Below, piece after piece: positions 60,044-64,000 of a stretch of DNA of 64,000 bases (the first letter of the stretch is position 1; the number at the start of each line of letters is the position of its first letter). Under the pieces are notes generated by a model. That model did not search any database. It saw only the letters and a program-made list of their open reading frames with translations, and was not told the DNA's origin. The translations under genes and the position numbers were made by a program. The stretch covers positions 9,734,001-9,798,000 of the forward strand of contig JBHGNT010000007.1 in the NCBI GenBank assembly GCA_043228905.1, written 5' to 3'. Source of the stretch: Azolla caroliniana. Its lineage: Eukaryota; Plantae; Polypodiophyta.

Positions 60044-63000
60044 TTACACATCCGTAGGTCTCTTCGGACCCTTACCGTTTTCCTTACGGATTGCCGTGTC
60101 TTCCTTCGACTCTGCTATTGGTTCCCCGTCGTCTTTTTCTTCCATCTGTACCGTTCCCGGTATAGTGCCGGTGAGCTGCATAAACGGGTTCTTTGGCATC
60201 GGTCCTTTATAGGGCTTTAGTCTAAATCCGTTCACCCACTTGTCTAGTACTTCACCGGCAAGTGTCCCTATCTGATAGGACCCGTTGTATTCCCGTGTCA
60301 GCCAATACGGGCCTGTCCATCTAAACCGGAGTTTACCCGGCATCTTGCCCATCCTTGTTTGGAATACTAGAACCGGTTTCCCAATTTCGAACATCTTTTC
60401 GTTACCTTTCCGGTGACGGTCAACGAACGCTTTCCGTCGTCGTTGCTCCAGTTCCATGTGTAGGATGCTGGCCAGCCGTTGCTCCTCCAGTTCGCATAGT
60501 GCTGCTAACCGCATTTCCTCCGACTTCTTTTCATTCAGCCGTTCCCGTAGTTGGATCTGTAAGCTTGGTACCTGAAATTCCACCGGCATGACCGCTTCTA
60601 AGCCGAATGCTAACCGGAATGGCGTTGTCTGGATACTTGTCTTGTATGCCGTTCGGTACGCCCATAGCGCGCTATGGAGCTTTGTATCCCAGTCCGTCCG
60701 GTTTTCATTGACGATTTTGCGGAGAATGTTCTGCAGCGTTTTGTTGGTGGACTCTGCTAACCCGTTCGCTTGTGGGTAGTACGGTGTGCTCCGTTTATGA
60801 ACCACGACATAGAACGTTGTTAAGCTTTCCACTACCTGGCCGAGGAAGTGCCCTCCTTGGTCGCTGATTAATTCAATCGGACATCCATATCGGCACCAAA
60901 TGTTTTCGTACAGGAATTTTGTTGTGGATGACACGGTATTGTCTCTCAAGGCCTTAGCCTCCACCCATTTAGTGCAATAAACCGTTGCCACGATGACATA
61001 ACGATTACCCGTTCTCATTGCCGGTGGCTTGAACGGTCCGACAAAATCCAACCCCCACTTCTGGAATGGCTCTAGTGGAAGTACCGGTTGGTGTGGCATC
61101 CGTGCTTGCTCCGTAGGCTGGCCCATTCGTTGGCATAGGTCACATTCCTTAGCGTACTTGACGGCGTCTTTTAACGTCGTGGGCCACCACAAGCCGCTCT
61201 GCCATACTTTTCTTGCCGTCGCTTCCCCGGCATAATGTCCTCCGGCAACCCCACAGTGTGCTTCCCGTAAGATTACTTCTTTCTCGTCACTACGGACTGC
61301 CCGTCTTCATATTCCATCTGCTCCCTTGTGGTAGAGAGTGTCCCGTAACAGACAGAAATTGCGGCTCTGCACCGCCAGTCGTTTCCTCTCATCCCGGTTC
61401 ATTTCCTCCGGTGGCAGGCCCGTGCTTAGGAACTGGTGCATGTTTGTCAGCCACCTATCTTCTGATGCCACCGTGTCGTCCGCTGCCGTTTCCGGGGTGA
61501 TACGGAATAACTCTGCGTCCGGGAATTCATCCGCTACTCCGTCGTCTGATTCTCCGGACTCTAACCGACTCAGATAGTCTGCTACGTCATGCTGGATACC
61601 GGGCCGGTGGAAGATCTCGAATTCGAACTCTTGCAACAGCAAGGTCCAACGGGCCAACTTACCGGTCAGGGACGCCTTGGACACTAAGTACAGGAGCGCC
61701 GAGTGATCCACATGAAATGAAAACTTCCTCCCCAATAGGTAATGACGAAACTTTGTTACACTTTAGATCATGCCCAGGGCCTCCCGTTCTGTCGTTGAAT
61801 AGTTCTTCTCCGCTTGGGACAGCTTCCGGCTGGCGTAATATACCGGCCGGTACCATTTGGGCTCCGTAAGTTGCATTAAGGCGCTGCCGATAGCGATGTC
61901 GGAAGCGTCAACGAACACATGAAATTCCTTGCTCCAATCCGGAGGCTGGAGGACGGGTGCTTGCGACAAAAGTACCTTCAGGGCGTTGTATGCCTTGTCC
62001 TCCGTATCCGTCCATTGGAACGGTGTCCGGTGTACCGCGGTGTGTAATGGTGTAGCCAAGTCAGCCAAGTGATGGAGCATCCGGCTGTGCCACCGGATCT
62101 GTCCTAAGAATCGGCTTAGTGCTTTGGCCGTTTTCGGTGCCGGTGCCCCTAGTATCGCGTTTACTTTGTCGGGGTCGACCGCAATGCCCTCCTTACTTAC
62201 AATGTGTCCCAGCAATATTCCACTTGAAACTCCAAAGATGCATTTTGCTGGGTTTAAGCTTAGCCGGTATAACCTACACTTTTCAAGGCATAACCGTAGG
62301 TGCTGCAAATGGTCTTTTCCCCGGCTATAGACTGCAAAATCATCCAGGAAAACCTGCATGAAGGAAGGAATGTATTCGCCGAAGATCTCCATGATGATTC
62401 GCTGGAAAGTTGCTGGTGCCGTTTTTAGGCCAAACATCATTACTTCGGCCACAAACACCCCCCATTCGGTGACGAACGTTGTCTTCTCCTGGTCGTTGGG
62501 GTGCATCCGGATTTGATTGTATCCGCTGAAGCCGTCTAAAAAGCTATAAACTTCATGGCCGGCGACGGCATCCAGTACTCCATCCGTGAACGGAAGAGGG
62601 AATGCATCCGTAATTGTGGCGGCATTTAGTTTCCTGTAATCTACACACACGCGGATTTTACCGTTCTTCTTGGGTACGACGACGATGGGGCTCAGCCACG
62701 TTGCTTTCTTTACCGGCCGGATGAAGCCCACTCTTAGGAGTTTGTCGATTTCCTCCTTCACTTTGGCGGCGTAGTTGGGGTTCATTCGGTAACGTCTTTG
62801 CGCCACTGGTTTCGCGTCCTTGCCTAAGTGGATCTGATGCTGATATAGTTGAGGGTCCAGCCCTCGCATGTCTTCGTATGACCAGGCGAATACGTCGCGA
62901 AACTCCGTGAGAAGTTTGATCATCGCCGCTTTATCTTCCGGCTTTCATTTCTTTGGCGATGTGTACCGGCTTTGATTCGTCCTTGCTTCCTAGGTTCACT

Positions 63001-63981
63001 TCGTCGAGCTGGGATGCTTTTACCCGTTGGGAAACGGCCAATTTCCCGTTCCAACGCTTCCTGTGCTTGCCGTAATTCCCGAATCGCATCTTTGTCCGGT
63101 TCGGCTTCGGTTTCGTCCCGCTGCGGCAAGTATGGCGCTACGGCTTCAACCACGTCTATCTCAAAGAGTGGTACGATCTTCGGGTGTTCCTCCAAGTACT
63201 GGGCTTCTTCGTCGTCTGCCAACCCTTCCAGCATGTTCACGCATTCCGCATATAGCGGTGTGCATTCCTTACCGTTGCTCGTCCGTGGTTGTGTCGGAAC
63301 CCGGACCTTGGCTTTTCCGCGCCGGAAGGTAATCATATTTTTCCGCCAATTTTGCTTGATGTGTGCTGTTTTCAACCATGGTCTGCCCAGCAACAGTGGG
63401 TACGCGCCTTGCGTCTGTAGCTGCAGCACTACAGCCGAGATGTGAAATGTGTGACCTCCTATGGTGACTTCCAATTTCCGTATTAAGCCCGTCAGCCGTA
63501 CAGAGCTCGTATCCGCCATCCGTAGCCAGAACGGACATGGCTCCCATTCATGTATACCCAAGGCATTACACTTGTGGAGGCTTATTACGTTCACCCCGGA
63601 ACCTCCATCGATTACTGTGCCGGGAAGTTCGTGCCCTTTGACAATAGCTGTAATCACCGGACTACTAGTGTCCACCACCGTCGGTCCCTCCTCCGGATTC
63701 GAGAAAAGGACTGGTGCCGGTGGGGCTATACCGTCTGTCAGGCCCGTTTTTAGTCCTTCCGTAAATCGCGGCACGAGCTGCAAGAGTCGTCCTAATGGCA
63801 ACGTGATCTGACATTCTTGCAGTGCTTGCCATGTCTCGTTTTCGGGGTGGCTACCGCCGGCACTCCCTATGGTATTCGCCTTTTGCCGTTCCGCGTCCGC
63901 GACGTTCCTTTCATTGGCTTCCTTAACCCATTCCGTCGCCTGTTTTCGTATGGCCTCTTGTGTTTCCCATTCTTTGGCCAT
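60044..63981 (-). pseudogene. pol (protease, RT, RNase H, integrase) with a frameshift and stops
   Basis: ORFs 63981-62920, 62923-61763, 61735-61307 and 61192-60044. Motifs VIDGGSG, FLDDF, VDASD and GLDFVGPF. Confidence 0.92.
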
Positions 63982-64000
63982 GCCTTTCGACCGTGTGGTT

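Larger units (their letters stand above)
56574..64000 (-). mobile_element. second non-chromovirus gypsy element, related to 19835-33450 (3' part; continues beyond the window)
   Basis: LTR 56574-56993 (minus strand TGTTACCGGCCGGCAAGGAGTCC...AATAACA), extra ORF, and INT, RH, RT, PR similar to the first element. Confidence 0.94.

Overview
Eukaryotic, gene-free, repeat-dense window. It is very likely a land plant, since it carries TTTAGGG repeats and plant-type tRNA-Glu and tRNA-Trp sequences; a non-seed plant is an inference from the retroelement types. The backbone is a head-to-tail tandem array of about 58 tRNA-Glu genes, pseudogenes and fragments, all on the + strand, in ~300-680 bp units with higher-order periodicity. 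It forms four blocks: ~9.1-19.2, 34.1-38.0, 40.0-46.3 and 52.0-56.6 kb. Retroelements interrupt or flank it: a Ty1/copia 3' half whose LTR holds a very young chromovirus; two related non-chromovirus Ty3/gypsy elements with a large extra 3' ORF and no polypurine tract; two gag-only, tRNA-Trp-primed LTR elements whose LTRs each contain an antisense tRNA-like module; a copia fragment; and a gypsy pol remnant. Also notable are a telomere-repeat insertion inside one tRNA gene and a ~1.3 kb foreign insert that begins with a degenerate Penelope-type minimal hammerhead ribozyme motif. All coordinates, counts and comparisons were read by eye.
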